From Acidobacteriota bacterium (GTDB lineage: Bacteria; Acidobacteriota; Blastocatellia; Pyrinomonadales; Pyrinomonadaceae), in NCBI GenBank assembly GCA_003222975.1, contig QHXN01000028.1, positions 13,820 to 77,819 of the forward strand: 64,000 bases of DNA. The letters run 5' to 3'. Both the position numbers and the translations under genes were made by a program. Below are positions 18,436-27,921 of this stretch, piece after piece; the stretch's first letter is position 1, and each line of letters begins with the position of its first letter. The notes under the pieces were generated by a model that ran no database searches, was not told the DNA's origin, and saw only the letters and a program-made list of their open reading frames with translations.

Positions 18436-19530
18436 TTACTTGACTTCCTCGTAGCGCGCGGTAATGCGGCGGACGTAGTTGCGCGTCTCGCGGAAGGGGG
18501 GCACGCGGTAGCCGTAGCGCGTGACGTTGCCCTCGCCCGCGTTGTAGCCCGCGAGCACGAGGTCAACGCGGTTGTCGAAGCGCGCCAGAAGCTCTTTGAG
18601 GTAGTGCGTCCCGGCGTTGACGTTCTGCGCGGGGTCGTGCGGGTTGCGCACGCCGAAGCGCGCAGACGTGCCCGGCATCAACTGCATCAGGCCGCGCGCG
18701 CCCGATGGGCTGACCGCGCGCGAGTTGAAGTGCGACTCCTGCTCCATGACGCAGAAGACGAGGTAAGGGTCAACGCCGTAGCGCGAGCCGTTCTGCTTGA
18801 TGAGCGAGTCGAGGCGGGCGCTCCCCGTCGTCCAGCGCCACTCGCGCCGACGCCCCTTGCCGCCCGCGGCGTCGGCCACTTCCGTATTCGAGAGCTGCAC
18901 GCGCTCGACGTGGTCAACGCGCGCGCGCTCGACGAAGGTCGAGATGTTGTCGCGCCTGTACCAGACCCCTTCCGCCTTCTCGTCCGCCTCGTCCACCTCC
19001 ATCTTCGCCCCGCCGACGAGGTAAATCCACACCTCCTGCTCGCCCTCTCCTGGCTCCTTCGTGCCGCCGCCACCCGTTTTCAAGACCGCGGCGGCGCTCG
19101 CATTCTTCGCATTCGTGTCGTGCGTAGGCTTCGCCTTCTCGTCCGTAGGCTTCGACGCGCGCCCCGCGCCCGCCGCCTTCACGACCTCTTTCACGCGCGA
19201 GCGCTCGACCAGATAGGTTACGCCGCCGCGCCTGTACCAGACGCCCTGCGCGTCTTCCCAAGCCTCGTCAACCTCCATCGTCGTCCCGTCCGTCAGGCGC
19301 AACTGATCTGCGCGCGCGCCCGTCGGAAACGAGAGGAGGACGATGACGAACAGCGCGGCCCCCTTTAAGAAATTGCGGATTGCGAATTGCGAATTGCGGA
19401 ACGGCGATGGCGGTGTAATACATAGGCCGGACGCCGGACGCGGACGAGAAGCGCACTGTCTTCCGATCCGCAATCCGCGATCCGCAATCCGCAATCGGAC
19501 TGTTTCAGAGTTGCAGCGGGTTCGCATCAA
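18436..19530 (-). CDS. lytic transglycosylase (SLT domain) with duplicated N-terminal domain; start codon uncertain
   Basis: The C-terminal SLT motifs are VMEQESHFNSRAVSPSGARGLMQLMPGT...AGYNAGEGNV. There are two N-terminal repeats (..MEVDEAWEDAQGVWYRR.. and ..MEVDEADEKAEGVWYRR..). The signal-like AALFVIVLLSFPTGARA has no in-frame ATG/GTG/TTG after the hairpin, so the only ORF start (19530) reads through the hairpin element. Confidence 0.7.
   Translation of the reverse strand: MMRTRCNSETVRLRIADRGLRIGRQCASRPRPASGLCITPPSPFRNSQFAIRNFLKGAALFVIVLLSFPTGARADQLRLTDGTTMEVDEAWEDAQGVWYRRGGVTYLVERSRVKEVVKAAGAGRASKPTDEKAKPTHDTNAKNASAAAVLKTGGGGTKEPGEGEQEVWIYLVGGAKMEVDEADEKAEGVWYRRDNISTFVERARVDHVERVQLSNTEVADAAGGKGRRREWRWTTGSARLDSLIKQNGSRYGVDPYLVFCVMEQESHFNSRAVSPSGARGLMQLMPGTSARFGVRNPHDPAQNVNAGTHYLKELLARFDNRVDLVLAGYNAGEGNVTRYGYRVPPFRETRNYVRRITARYEEVK
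19372..19495. repeat. heptamer-periodic hairpin element (ATTGCGG/ATTGCGA)
   Basis: attgcggattgcgaattgcgaattgcgga (19372-19400) pairs with tccgatccgcaatccgcgatccgcaatccgcaat (19462-19495). The loop is about 60 nt. Confidence 0.8.
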
Positions 19531-20875
19531 CCAACTCCCCAGTGTTCCTCGTCAACTCTCCCGTCGTTTTCCTGCCCGGCTCCTGCGTCGAGAAGCCGTG
19601 AGAGGTTCCGAAGTAGTTGCGCCACGCAGCGTCAATCAGGCGCGTGGTGACTTCGGGCGGGCGTCCCTCGAAGAGGCAAACGTCGGTCACGCGGTCGAGC
19701 AGGTCGCGCGGCTCGCAGGACTTCATCTGCCTCTGTTCGAGCATGTAGTTGTTGAGCAGGTGGTCGAGGCACGACTGCTCGACCTTCAGCCCGCGCGTGT
19801 AGGCGGCGCGCTTGAAAATCTCGACGTAGGCCGCCGGTGTCGGCGACTCGACGCGCGCGCGGTAGCCCATGCGCCGCAGGAACGCCTCGTCCACAAGGTC
19901 TTTCTCGTCGAGGTTGGTCGAGAAGACGACCAACTGCTCGAAGGGCACTTCGATCTTCTTGCCGGTGTGGAGCGTCAGGTAGTCAACGCGCTTCTCCAAG
20001 GGGACGATCCAGCGGTTCAGGAGGTCGGTCGGCTCGACCCTCTGCCGCCCGAAGTCGTCCACGACGAGCGTGCCGCCGTTCGACTTCAACTGAAACGGCG
20101 CTTCGTAAAAGCGCGCGGCCTCGCTCCACTGAAGGTCTGCGTCGTCTAAGGTCAACTCGCCGCCGACGATGACCAACGGGCGCTCGACGAGAACCCAGCG
20201 GCGGTCGTAGTCGGTCGGCGTCTCTGCTTCGGGGGCGGGGCGGTGGTTGTGCGAGTCGAAGACGCGGATGATCTGTCCGTCAATCTCGATGGCGAAGGGA
20301 ATCCAGATGTGGCCGGGCAGCCCCGCGTTGATGCGCTCGGCGACCGCCGTCTTGCCCGTGCCCGGAGGCCCCGTGATGAAGAGCGAGCGGCGCGAGTTGA
20401 TGACGCAGCCCAGGGTTTGCAGCAGCGACTCCGGCAGGACGAGGTCGCGGAAGGCTGCGCGCACCGTCTCAATCGAGGCGGCGCGCGCCGGGACGGCTTG
20501 CAGACGCATCATGTGCGCGTAGTCGCGCAGAGAGACGGGCGCGGGGCCGACGTAGCCGCACAGCTCGCGCACGCGCGCGACGCGCTCCCAGCCGCGCTCC
20601 AACATCGCGTAGCGCGTCGCGCCGACGGCGATCTGCCCGCGCACCTCGACCATCTTCTCGCGCGTCAGGTGCACGAGCATCTCCTCGACGAGCGAGCGCG
20701 GCAGGCGCAGTTCCTCGGAGATGGACTGCGTCGTCGGCTCCGGCATCTGCGCGACGTGCTTCAAAGCGAGGTCGCACAAAAAGCTCGCCGCCACGTCCGC
20801 CTCGCACAACTCCTCCAGCGACGGCGGCCCCATCGTCTCGATCTCGACGCGCGTCAGAATCCCTGTGTGAGTCAT
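19505..20875 (-). CDS. AAA+ ATPase with N-terminal winged-helix-like domain
   Basis: Walker A is SLFITGPPGTGKTAVAERI, Walker B is LVVDDFGRQ and sensor-1 is VVFSTNL, followed by AFLRRMGYRARV. The N-terminal SISEELRLPRSLVEEMLVHLTREKMVEVRG looks like a wHTH. I use ATG 20875 (GGAG SD), because the track start 20938 lies in the hairpin. Confidence 0.75.
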   Translation of the reverse strand: MTHTGILTRVEIETMGPPSLEELCEADVAASFLCDLALKHVAQMPEPTTQSISEELRLPRSLVEEMLVHLTREKMVEVRGQIAVGATRYAMLERGWERVARVRELCGYVGPAPVSLRDYAHMMRLQAVPARAASIETVRAAFRDLVLPESLLQTLGCVINSRRSLFITGPPGTGKTAVAERINAGLPGHIWIPFAIEIDGQIIRVFDSHNHRPAPEAETPTDYDRRWVLVERPLVIVGGELTLDDADLQWSEAARFYEAPFQLKSNGGTLVVDDFGRQRVEPTDLLNRWIVPLEKRVDYLTLHTGKKIEVPFEQLVVFSTNLDEKDLVDEAFLRRMGYRARVESPTPAAYVEIFKRAAYTRGLKVEQSCLDHLLNNYMLEQRQMKSCEPRDLLDRVTDVCLFEGRPPEVTTRLIDAAWRNYFGTSHGFSTQEPGRKTTGELTRNTGELVDANPLQL

Positions 20876-20894
20876 CTCTAACTCCGTTCGGAAG

Positions 20895-20977
20895 AAGTGT
20901 GTAGTGACGGGTGCGGGATGACGAACGTGCTGTGACAAGCGGTTTTATTCATTCGTCACCCCGCACCCATCACACTT
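20895..20977. repeat. heptamer-periodic hairpin element (GTGTGTA/GTGACGG/GTGCGGG), imperfect
   Basis: aagtgtgtagtgacgggtgcgggatgacgaa pairs with ttcgtcaccccgcacccatcacactt. The right foot overlaps the TPR gene stop (20976-20978). Confidence 0.65.
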
Positions 20978-21962
20978 ATTGCCCGCCGGACGCGGCGAGC
21001 GCGGGCTGCCTGGCGTCCGCGTCCCGGAGCGCCTGCCGCGCGTCGTCAGCCTTCGCCTTGTCGCCGGTGCGCTCGTAGAGTTCGGCGAGCTGCCGGAGGA
21101 CGTTCGCGGAAGCCGGTTGCAGGCGGCGCGCGGCTTCGAGGTGTTCGACGGCCTTGTCGTCGCGGCCCACGCGTATCAGGAGCGCGGCCACGTTCGAGTG
21201 GCCCGTGAACTCGCCGCCCGCGCGCGCGAAGCTGCGGTAGGCGTCGTCGTACTTGCCGAGTCGCGCCTCGGCGAGCGCGAGGTTGTTGAGGACGCGCGCG
21301 TCGGCGGGGGCGAGCCGGGCCGCGCGCTTCAGCTTGTCCACCGCCGCGCGGTAGTTGCCGTTGAGGTAGAGCGAGTAGCCGAGGTTGTTCAGGGCCTCAG
21401 GGTCGCGCCCGTTCACGTCCACCGCACGCGCGTAAGACTCCTTCGCGCGGTCGTGCAGGCCCTTCTGGTCGTAGGCCACGGCGAGCAGGCTGTGGGCCTG
21501 ACTCAGTCGCGGGTCGAGCGAGGCGGCGCGCGAAAGCTCCGCAATCGCCTCGTTCAGACGCCCCTCTTCGAGCAGCGCGCGACCGCGCGCGAGACACCCT
21601 TGCGCGCTTTGATCTTCGTCGCCCGCGGCCTGTTTGCGCGCCGTCGTGTTGTCCTCGACGCGGACGACCGCGACGCTCTCGAAGCGCGAGGCGTCCTTCT
21701 CGCTCATGCGCGCGAGCTTGGAGTCGCCCTTGCCGAAGAGGTGTTCGACGGCCTTGAAGGGGGCTTTGAAGATACGGAAGAACCCCCCGCCCTTCTTCTT
21801 CGGCGCGCTTGCGTCCTGCGCGCCGGCCTCCGCGCCCGAAGCGGCGACGACGTTCGTGTCCGTGTCGCCGTCGCGCCCGTCCCCTTCGGCGCTCCAAAGG
21901 GCGGCGGCGCTGACGGCGAGGACGAGGGCGGCGAGAAGCGTGACGACTCTGCGCGTGAACAT
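20976..21962 (-). CDS. TPR-repeat protein (TadD-like position in the Tad locus)
   Basis: It has a signal peptide MFTRRVVTLLAALVLAVSAAA and several TPR units (ALLEEGRLNEAIAELSRAASLDPRLSQAHSLLAVAY..., NNLGYSLYLNGNYRAAVDKLKRAARLAP...). It is adjacent to tadC. Confidence 0.75.
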   Translation of the reverse strand: MFTRRVVTLLAALVLAVSAAALWSAEGDGRDGDTDTNVVAASGAEAGAQDASAPKKKGGGFFRIFKAPFKAVEHLFGKGDSKLARMSEKDASRFESVAVVRVEDNTTARKQAAGDEDQSAQGCLARGRALLEEGRLNEAIAELSRAASLDPRLSQAHSLLAVAYDQKGLHDRAKESYARAVDVNGRDPEALNNLGYSLYLNGNYRAAVDKLKRAARLAPADARVLNNLALAEARLGKYDDAYRSFARAGGEFTGHSNVAALLIRVGRDDKAVEHLEAARRLQPASANVLRQLAELYERTGDKAKADDARQALRDADARQPALAASGGQ

Positions 21963-21976
21963 GGGTTAACGTCTCC

Positions 21977-22912
21977 TTACATCTGTGCGAACGTGTCCAT
22001 AAGGTTGATGAACGCGGGGCCGAGGAGGACGATGAAGAGCACCGGGAAGAGGAAGCAGGCGAGCGGGAAGAGGAGCTTGACAGCAGCCTTCTGCGCGGCC
22101 TGCTCGGCGCGCTGCCGCCGCTTCGTGCGAAGACTGTCGGCATAGACGCGCACGGCGCGCGCAATCGAAGTGCCGAAGCGGTCGGCCTGGATGAGCATCC
22201 CGCAGAGGCTTCGGAGGTCTTCGACGCCCGTGCGCTCCGCGAGGTTTCTGAGAGCCTCGGCGCGGTCGCGCCCGACGCGAATCTCCATGTTCGTCATCGT
22301 CAGCTCTTCGCAGATGTCCGGGTGCACCTCCTTCAACTCCTCGCCGACGCGGATGAGCGCGGCGTTCAGGCCCAGCCCCGCCTCGATGGAGACGACCAGG
22401 AGGTCGAGCGCGTCGGCCAGGCCCCACTGAAGGCGCTGCTGTCGGCTTCGGATCATCCGCCTCAGCGTGTAGCGCGGGAGCGCGAAGCCGGCGACGAAGG
22501 CCGCGAGAATCCAGAGGGCCGCGCTCCCCAGAGGCCGGCCCATGACGGCGCAGACGAGCGCAACGACCGCCGGGAAGAAGGCGAGCGAGAGCAGTTGCAG
22601 CGCGCGATAGACGACCGCCGCATTCGGCGAACGGTAGCCCGCGTGCATCAGAAGCTTCTGTAACTTCTTGGCCTCCGCAGCCGACGGCGGCGCGAGGCGG
22701 CTCAAGGGCGTCGCGACCCTTTCGGCCAACGCCGCGACCGAAGACTCCTCGATGAGCGCGGAGGGCGCGGACGCGACCGCGCCGCCGCTCCCGTCGCCCA
22801 TGCGCTTCAGCCGCTCGGTCGCTGCCGACGGCGGGCGGAACATCAGCCAGTAGGCGGCCAGCGCGCCCAGCATGATGCAGACGAAGGTGGAGATGGTGAT
22901 GAAGAAAATCAT
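21977..22912 (-). CDS. tadC: Tad pilus inner-membrane platform protein TadC (T2SS-F family)
   Basis: [29 protein letters not shown]...[65 protein letters not shown] is the typical GspF-like TadB/C pattern. Confidence 0.88.
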   Translation of the reverse strand: [311 protein letters not shown]

Positions 22913-22915
22913 AAT

Positions 22916-23023
22916 CGTGAACCGTGAACCGTAAACCGTGACAAATTGAAAACCCGCTGCCCGTCAACCGTGAACTATAAAGTTGCTCCCATCTGGTCAC
23001 GGTTCACGGTTCACGGTTTACGG
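22916..23023. repeat. heptamer-periodic hairpin element (CGTGAAC/CGTAAAC)
   Basis: cgtgaaccgtgaaccgtaaaccgtgac (22916-22942) pairs with gtcacggttcacggttcacggtttacgg (22996-23023). It lies between the tadB stop (23027) and the tadC ATG (22912). Confidence 0.85.
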
Positions 23024-23026
23024 CCT

Positions 23027-23989
23027 TCAAATCTTTATCCTCAGAATCTTCCGAATGACGAGCATGCCCGTGATCTGGAGGGCGACGGCGACGGCCAGCA
23101 GGCGGTGGCCGCGCGGGTCGCTCCAAAGCACGCTCATGTATTCGGGGTTCATGACGGTCACGGCCAGCGCGATGAAAACGGGGAGGCCGCAGAGAATCCA
23201 CGCGGACATGCGCGAGGAGGTCGTCAAAGTCTTCAGGTCTTCGAGGATGCGGAAGCGCTCGCGGATCGTTTGGGCGACCTTCTCCAAAATTTCGGCGAGG
23301 TTGCCCCCCGTCTCGCGCTGGATAAGTATGGCCGTGACGCACAGACGCAGGTCGAGGAGCGGGACGCGCTCCGACAAATTCTCCAGCGCGAGCTTCAGGG
23401 AGAGGCCGAGGTTCTGCTCCTCGTAGGTCTTACGGAACTCGGTCGCGATAGGCTCCGGCATCTCCGTGGAGACCATGTGGAGCGACTCGGCGAAGGCGTG
23501 TCCGGCCTGGAGGGCGCGGCTCATCAGGTCGAGCGCGTCGGGCAAAAGCGCCAGGAACTCGCGCAGGCGCTGGTGCCGCTTCCAGAAGACGTGCACGAAC
23601 GGGATCGCCGCCGCCGAGAGTCCCGCCAGTAGCGCGAACACCCAGTTCGGCGTGAGCATCCAGACGGCGAGCGCGCCGAGTATGCCGGCCATCGCCGAGA
23701 ACATCAGCAGGCGCGTGACCGTGAGGTTCAGGTCGGCCTGGTCAATGACGCGCCGAAGCCTCGTGGCGAACTGCAACTCCAACAGCGCGCGGTTGAGGAG
23801 CGGTATCTCGCTCATCAACTCCTCGCGCGCGAGCCGCACCTCCGAGTCCTCGCTGTGGGCCGAGTGGAGCAGCGCCTCGGCGAGACGTTGCTGCAAGCGC
23901 ACGCGCCGCTTCTCCGACCCGTGCGTCGCCAGAAGGTACGCGCTGAGCACGAGGACGAGGCAGAAGATGAAGACGAAGAATGGAATCAT
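23027..23989 (-). CDS. tadB: Tad pilus inner-membrane platform protein TadB (T2SS-F family)
   Basis: LPDALDLMSRALQAGHAFAESLHMVSTEMPEPIATEF...ALENLSERVPLLDLRLCVTAILIQRETGGNLAEILEKVAQTIRERF. Confidence 0.88.
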   Translation of the reverse strand: MIPFFVFIFCLVLVLSAYLLATHGSEKRRVRLQQRLAEALLHSAHSEDSEVRLAREELMSEIPLLNRALLELQFATRLRRVIDQADLNLTVTRLLMFSAMAGILGALAVWMLTPNWVFALLAGLSAAAIPFVHVFWKRHQRLREFLALLPDALDLMSRALQAGHAFAESLHMVSTEMPEPIATEFRKTYEEQNLGLSLKLALENLSERVPLLDLRLCVTAILIQRETGGNLAEILEKVAQTIRERFRILEDLKTLTTSSRMSAWILCGLPVFIALAVTVMNPEYMSVLWSDPRGHRLLAVAVALQITGMLVIRKILRIKI

Positions 23990-23997
23990 GGCTTTAA

Positions 23998-24128
23998 TCA
24001 GTAGTCAGTAGTCAGTAGTCAGTAGTCAGTAGTCAGTAGATTTTGTCTCTCAAGTCTGTCGAGTCTGGGTAGCCTGCGCGTGGTAGAAGGCAGGGAGCTT
24101 TTCTACTGGCTACTGGCTACTGACTACT
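23998..24128. repeat. heptamer-periodic hairpin element, (TCAGTAG)x6 arm
   Basis: Six perfect tandem TCAGTAG units (23998-24039) face tctactggctactggctactgactact (24102-24128). The cpaF stop codon (24124-24126) lies inside the right arm. Confidence 0.85.
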
Positions 24129-25479
24129 CAAAAAAGACTCGCGGCAGTTGCATGCCGTACTGCTTGAGCCGCTCGGCGAAGCGCGGGCGCACGCCCGTGG
24201 CCTTGAACTGGCCGACGACCTTGCCCTCCTTGTCAACGCCGCGGCGCTCGAAGAGGAATATCTCCTGCATCGTGATCACGTCGCCCTCCATGCCCGTGAT
24301 CTCGGAGATGGAAGTGACGCGGCGCGTGCCGTCGGAGAGGCGCGCGACCTGTATGACGAGGTCAATGGCCGAGGCGATCTGCGAGCGCATGGCCTTCTCG
24401 GAGAGGCGCATGCCGGTCATCTGGATCATCGTCTCGACGCGGGCGAGGGCGTCGCGCGGCGTGTTGGCGTGAATCGTCGTCAAAGAGCCGTCGTGGCCCG
24501 TGTTCATAGCCTGGAGCATGTCTATGGCCTCGCCGCCTCTGACCTCGCCGATGACGATGCGGTCGGGCCGCATGCGCAGGGCGTTGCGCACGAGGTCGCG
24601 CTGCGTGATCTCGCCTTTGCCCTCGATGTTGGGGGGCCGCGTCTCAAGGCGGACGACGTGCGGCTGCTGCAACTGCAACTCCGCCGAGTCTTCAATCGTC
24701 ACGATGCGCTGGTCTTCGGGGATGTAGGCCGAAAGCGCGTTCAAGAGCGTCGTCTTGCCCGCGCCCGTGCCGCCGGAGATGAGGACGTTCAGGCGCGCGT
24801 GGACGCACATGCGGAACATCTCGGCGATGTCGCGCGTGAGCGCGCCCTTCTCGATGAGCATGTCAATGCGGAGCGGGTCGGCGGCGAAGCGCCGGATGGA
24901 CATCACTGGGCCGTCTAAAGCGAGCGGCGGGATGATGGCGTTGACGCGCGAGCCGTCCTTGAGGCGCGCGTCAACCATCGGCGAGGACTCGTCAATGCGC
25001 CGGCCAACGCTTGAGACGATGCGCTCGATGACTCTCATCAGGTGCTCGTTGTCCTTGAAGGTTACGTCGGAGCGTTCGAGCCTGCCGGCGCGCTCGACGT
25101 AGATTTGGGAGGGCGAGTTGATGAGGATGTCGCAGACCGTGGGGTCGGCCAGGAGCGGCTCAAGGGGGCCAAGGCCGAACAGCTCGTGGCGCACCTCTTC
25201 TACCAGTCGCTCGCGCTCGATTGTCGAGAGCGGCGTGCTCTCGACGTGCAGCAAATCTTCGGCGAGGCGCGCGACCTCCGAATGGAGTTGTTCGGGGTCG
25301 AGCTGGCCGAGCTTCTTCAAGTCCATCCGGTTGATGATGGCGCGGTGCAGGCGCGACTTCATCTCCTGGAAGACCTGCTGGCGGTTGACGCCCGGCTCCT
25401 CGGCAGCGCCGCCGCCACGCGCGGACGGCGCGCCGCCCGGCGGCATCGTCTCTTTGATTAGTCGTTCGCGGAGTGACAT
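24124..25479 (-). CDS. cpaF: Tad pilus secretion ATPase CpaF/TadA
   Basis: Walker A is [16 protein letters not shown], with Asp box [12 protein letters not shown], Walker [16 protein letters not shown] and His box [15 protein letters not shown]. This is the VirB11/CpaF family. Confidence 0.93.
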   Translation of the reverse strand: MSLRERLIKETMPPGGAPSARGGGAAEEPGVNRQQVFQEMKSRLHRAIINRMDLKKLGQLDPEQLHSEVARLAEDLLHVESTPLSTIERERLVEEVRHELFGLGPLEPLLADPTVCDILINSPSQIYVERAGRLERSDVTFKDNEHLMRVIERIVSSVGRRIDESSPMVDARLKDGSRVNAIIPPLALDGPVMSIRRFAADPLRIDMLIEKGALTRDIAEMFRMCVHARLNVLISGGTGAGKTTLLNALSAYIPEDQRIVTIEDSAELQLQQPHVVRLETRPPNIEGKGEITQRDLVRNALRMRPDRIVIGEVRGGEAIDMLQAMNTGHDGSLTTIHANTPRDALARVETMIQMTGMRLSEKAMRSQIASAIDLVIQVARLSDGTRRVTSISEITGMEGDVITMQEIFLFERRGVDKEGKVVGQFKATGVRPRFAERLKQYGMQLPRVFFE

Positions 25480-25495
25480 GGCTTTCTGGAAGTTT

Positions 25496-25568
25496 AGAGT
25501 TCAGTTCAGAGTTCAAGCTTTAGCTTGTTTCGTTCAGAACGCACGCTGAAGCGTGAACTCTGAACCCT
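25496..25568. repeat. heptamer-rich hairpin element (AGAGTTC/GTTCAGA), imperfect
   Basis: gttcagagttcaagc (25504-25518) pairs with gcgtgaactctgaac (25551-25565). Flanking GTTCAG repeats are present. It lies between the cpaE stop and the cpaF ATG. Confidence 0.55.
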
Positions 25569-25578
25569 CGGAATTCCT

Positions 25579-26859
25579 TTAACCGACCGGCGACGGCTGA
25601 CCGCCGACGGCTTTCTTGTCGAGCAGCGCGCGTGCCGATTTCGTCTGCTCCTGCACTTTGGCCTGGCGTCGGAATAGTCCGGCGAGGAGTCCGCGCCGCT
25701 CGCCGTCGGCTTCGGGCGACGGCGCGGGGGCGTTGGCGTGAGCGCCGCCGCCTAGCCCCGCGGCGATCTGTCGAATCTCGCCGGCGATGCGCGAAGAGGG
25801 GTCTGACTCGACGAGCGGCTGGCCGAGGTTGATCGAGTTGACGACGGCGCGGTAGTCGCTCGTGATGAATCCCATCACGCGCTCGCCGAGGTAGCGCTCG
25901 ACCTGACGCAAGTCGAGATCAATCTGCTTCGACCAGCGGTTGACGACGATGCGCACCTTGTGGCGCGGGTAGCCGAGGCGGTCGAAGATGGCGAGCGTGC
26001 GCTGCGCGCTGCGGATGGCGGGGATGTCGAGCGTCAAGACCATCAGGATTTCGTCCACCTGGTCGAGCGCGGCCAGCGTGATCGAGTCGAAGGTATGCTG
26101 CGGGTCTATGACGACGTAGTCGTAGCGCTCGCGCAGGATTTGGATGACCGAGAAGACATGCTCGGCCTCGATGTCGTCTGCCGCGTCGGCCTCGCGCGGC
26201 GCGGCGAGCAGAGAGAGGTTCGCCGAGTGCGGCGCGAGGTAGCTCTTGAGCATCGCGTCGTCGGCCTGCTCGCGGTTCTCGACGAGGTCGGCGATTGTGT
26301 ACTTCGGCTCGACGCCGAGGAAGAGGGTTAGATCGCCCGCCTGCAAGTTCAGGTCAACGAGCACGGTCGGCGCGCTCAGAGAGGCGGCGAGGTTCGTGGC
26401 GATGAAGGAGGTGCCGCAGCCGCCCTTGCTCGAAAAGACGGCGACGGCGCGGCCCCGCTTCTTCTTGGCTACGGGCTGCACGTGGCAGAACTCGGCGGTG
26501 CGCGCCAGCACCGTCTCGAACTCCGCGGGCGCGACGGGCAGGTGCAGGAAGTCGCGCGCGCCCGCGCGCAGCGAGCGCAGGATGAGGTCAGGCGAGGCGT
26601 CGCGCGAGGCGCAGACGACTGCGGTCGTCGGGCTGACCGAGGCCACGCGCTCGACGAACTTCAAAGCCTGCTCCGGCTCCGCGCCGAGCGCGACAATGGC
26701 CGCGTTGGGCCGGAGCCGCTCGACTTCCGGGAGCATCTGCTCCGTGTCGTCGCCGGCGGCCAGGAGGTGCGTGTGGTCGCGCGCGGCGAGCGCGGCGCGC
26801 AACTCGCGCAGCGAGTCGAGGCCGCTGCTCAGAATGACGAAGGTGAGTTGTTGGCTCAT
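25579..26859 (-). CDS. cpaE: Tad pilus assembly ATPase-like protein CpaE/TadZ (receiver-like N-domain + ParA/MinD domain)
   Basis: It has a deviant Walker A, VAVFSSKGGCGTSFIATNLA, a ParA/MinD fold and an N-terminal pseudo-receiver. It sits next to cpaF. Confidence 0.85.
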   Translation of the reverse strand: MSQQLTFVILSSGLDSLRELRAALAARDHTHLLAAGDDTEQMLPEVERLRPNAAIVALGAEPEQALKFVERVASVSPTTAVVCASRDASPDLILRSLRAGARDFLHLPVAPAEFETVLARTAEFCHVQPVAKKKRGRAVAVFSSKGGCGTSFIATNLAASLSAPTVLVDLNLQAGDLTLFLGVEPKYTIADLVENREQADDAMLKSYLAPHSANLSLLAAPREADAADDIEAEHVFSVIQILRERYDYVVIDPQHTFDSITLAALDQVDEILMVLTLDIPAIRSAQRTLAIFDRLGYPRHKVRIVVNRWSKQIDLDLRQVERYLGERVMGFITSDYRAVVNSINLGQPLVESDPSSRIAGEIRQIAAGLGGGAHANAPAPSPEADGERRGLLAGLFRRQAKVQEQTKSARALLDKKAVGGQPSPVG

Positions 26860-26917
26860 CGCTGATCCTTCGAGGCCGAAAAGTTTCCCGACCGAAACGA
26901 ACGTGTTCTCCGGCGTG

Positions 26918-27397
26918 CTAGATGTTCGGCGGCACGTAGCCGGCGTTCTCCCCCGTCAAGGTCGTCTGGTAGGAGGGCATCCCCAGAGTCGTGCCGAACA
27001 GCGCGACGGCGAAGCTGAAGTTGTAGTTGACGACGCTGACCGTCACGCGACCGGCGTTGACGCCGAAGCCCGAATAGCTGACCTGCACGTTGCTCGTCGT
27101 CAACCCCTTGACGACGGGCTGCGCGCCCGCGGGCGGGTTCGGCGTGCCGTAAACGACCACGTTCTTCGTGCGGTCAACGGAGGTCGAGGAGTTGGGGCAC
27201 GTGGCGTCCGCCGGGTCGCACTGGTTGATGGCGTAGCGCGCGCCGCGGCGCACGGCGTCGGTCAGGGCGTTGTGCGTCCAGAGCAGAACGCCGAACTGTA
27301 GGACGCCGAAGGTCACGGTCATGAATATCGCCGAGCCGACGGCGAACTCCACCAGCGCCGCCCCGCGTTCGCCCTTCCTGTCTCGTTTCGCAGACAC
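26918..27397 (-). CDS. TadE-like pseudopilin
   Basis: ERGAALVEFAVGSAIFMTVTFGVLQFG is the TadE N-terminal motif. The start is GTG, preceded by GGGAG-type SDs. Confidence 0.8.
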   Translation of the reverse strand: MSAKRDRKGERGAALVEFAVGSAIFMTVTFGVLQFGVLLWTHNALTDAVRRGARYAINQCDPADATCPNSSTSVDRTKNVVVYGTPNPPAGAQPVVKGLTTSNVQVSYSGFGVNAGRVTVSVVNYNFSFAVALFGTTLGMPSYQTTLTGENAGYVPPNI

Positions 27398-27427
27398 CCT
27401 TCGTCTCCCTTCGCTCCCTTGGAGAAC

Positions 27428-27913
27428 CTAGTTGTAAACGTACTTCATGGTCACGCTCGGGCTGACGTTGATCTTCAAAGAGATGGCCGAGATGCCGGTC
27501 AGCTTGCCGAGGTCGAAGATCGGCTGGTACTGGTAGTTCACGATCTTGGCCGTGACCACCTGCGTGCCCGCGTTCGTCGTCTGTTGGAGATCAACGTTGG
27601 CGCAGCCGAGTCCCTGCAAGATCGGCGTCCCCGCGCAGGCCGCCGACTGGTCTCCGAAGACGGCGAGGCTCTGCGCCTGCGCCACATCGGTCGAGTCGAA
27701 CGGGCGCGTGATGGCGTAGCGCGCCGAGGCGCGCGCAGCCTTCGCCAGCGTCGCGTAGGTGTAGTAGAAGCGACCGAACTCGGCCACCGACGCGAAGAGA
27801 AGAATCATCACGGGGAGCACCAGCGACAGCTCGACGAGCTGCGTGCCGCACTCGTCCGCGAGGCCGCGGCGGGCGATCTTGCATAACGCTTTCGCGAGTC
27901 GCTTCGTCATCAC
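27428..27913 (-). CDS. TadE/TadF-like pseudopilin
   Basis: ECGTQLVELSLVLPVMILLFASVAEFGRFYY is the TadE-type N-terminus. The start is GTG 27913 or ATG 27910. Confidence 0.8.
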   Translation of the reverse strand: MMTKRLAKALCKIARRGLADECGTQLVELSLVLPVMILLFASVAEFGRFYYTYATLAKAARASARYAITRPFDSTDVAQAQSLAVFGDQSAACAGTPILQGLGCANVDLQQTTNAGTQVVTAKIVNYQYQPIFDLGKLTGISAISLKINVSPSVTMKYVYN

Positions 27914-27921
27914 GTTTGACC

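Noticed and set aside
21966-23000. 344-aa minus-strand ORF overlapping tadC in another frame
   Set aside because: Its composition is Arg/Gly/Pro/Ala-dominated, and the tadC frame has clear T2SS-F family motifs.
23998-24039. Heptamer tandem arrays as a CRISPR array or a phase-variation microsatellite
   Set aside because: There is no repeat-spacer organisation and no cas genes. The arrays are always paired with a complementary arm, and they are intergenic rather than within coding or promoter spacer regions.
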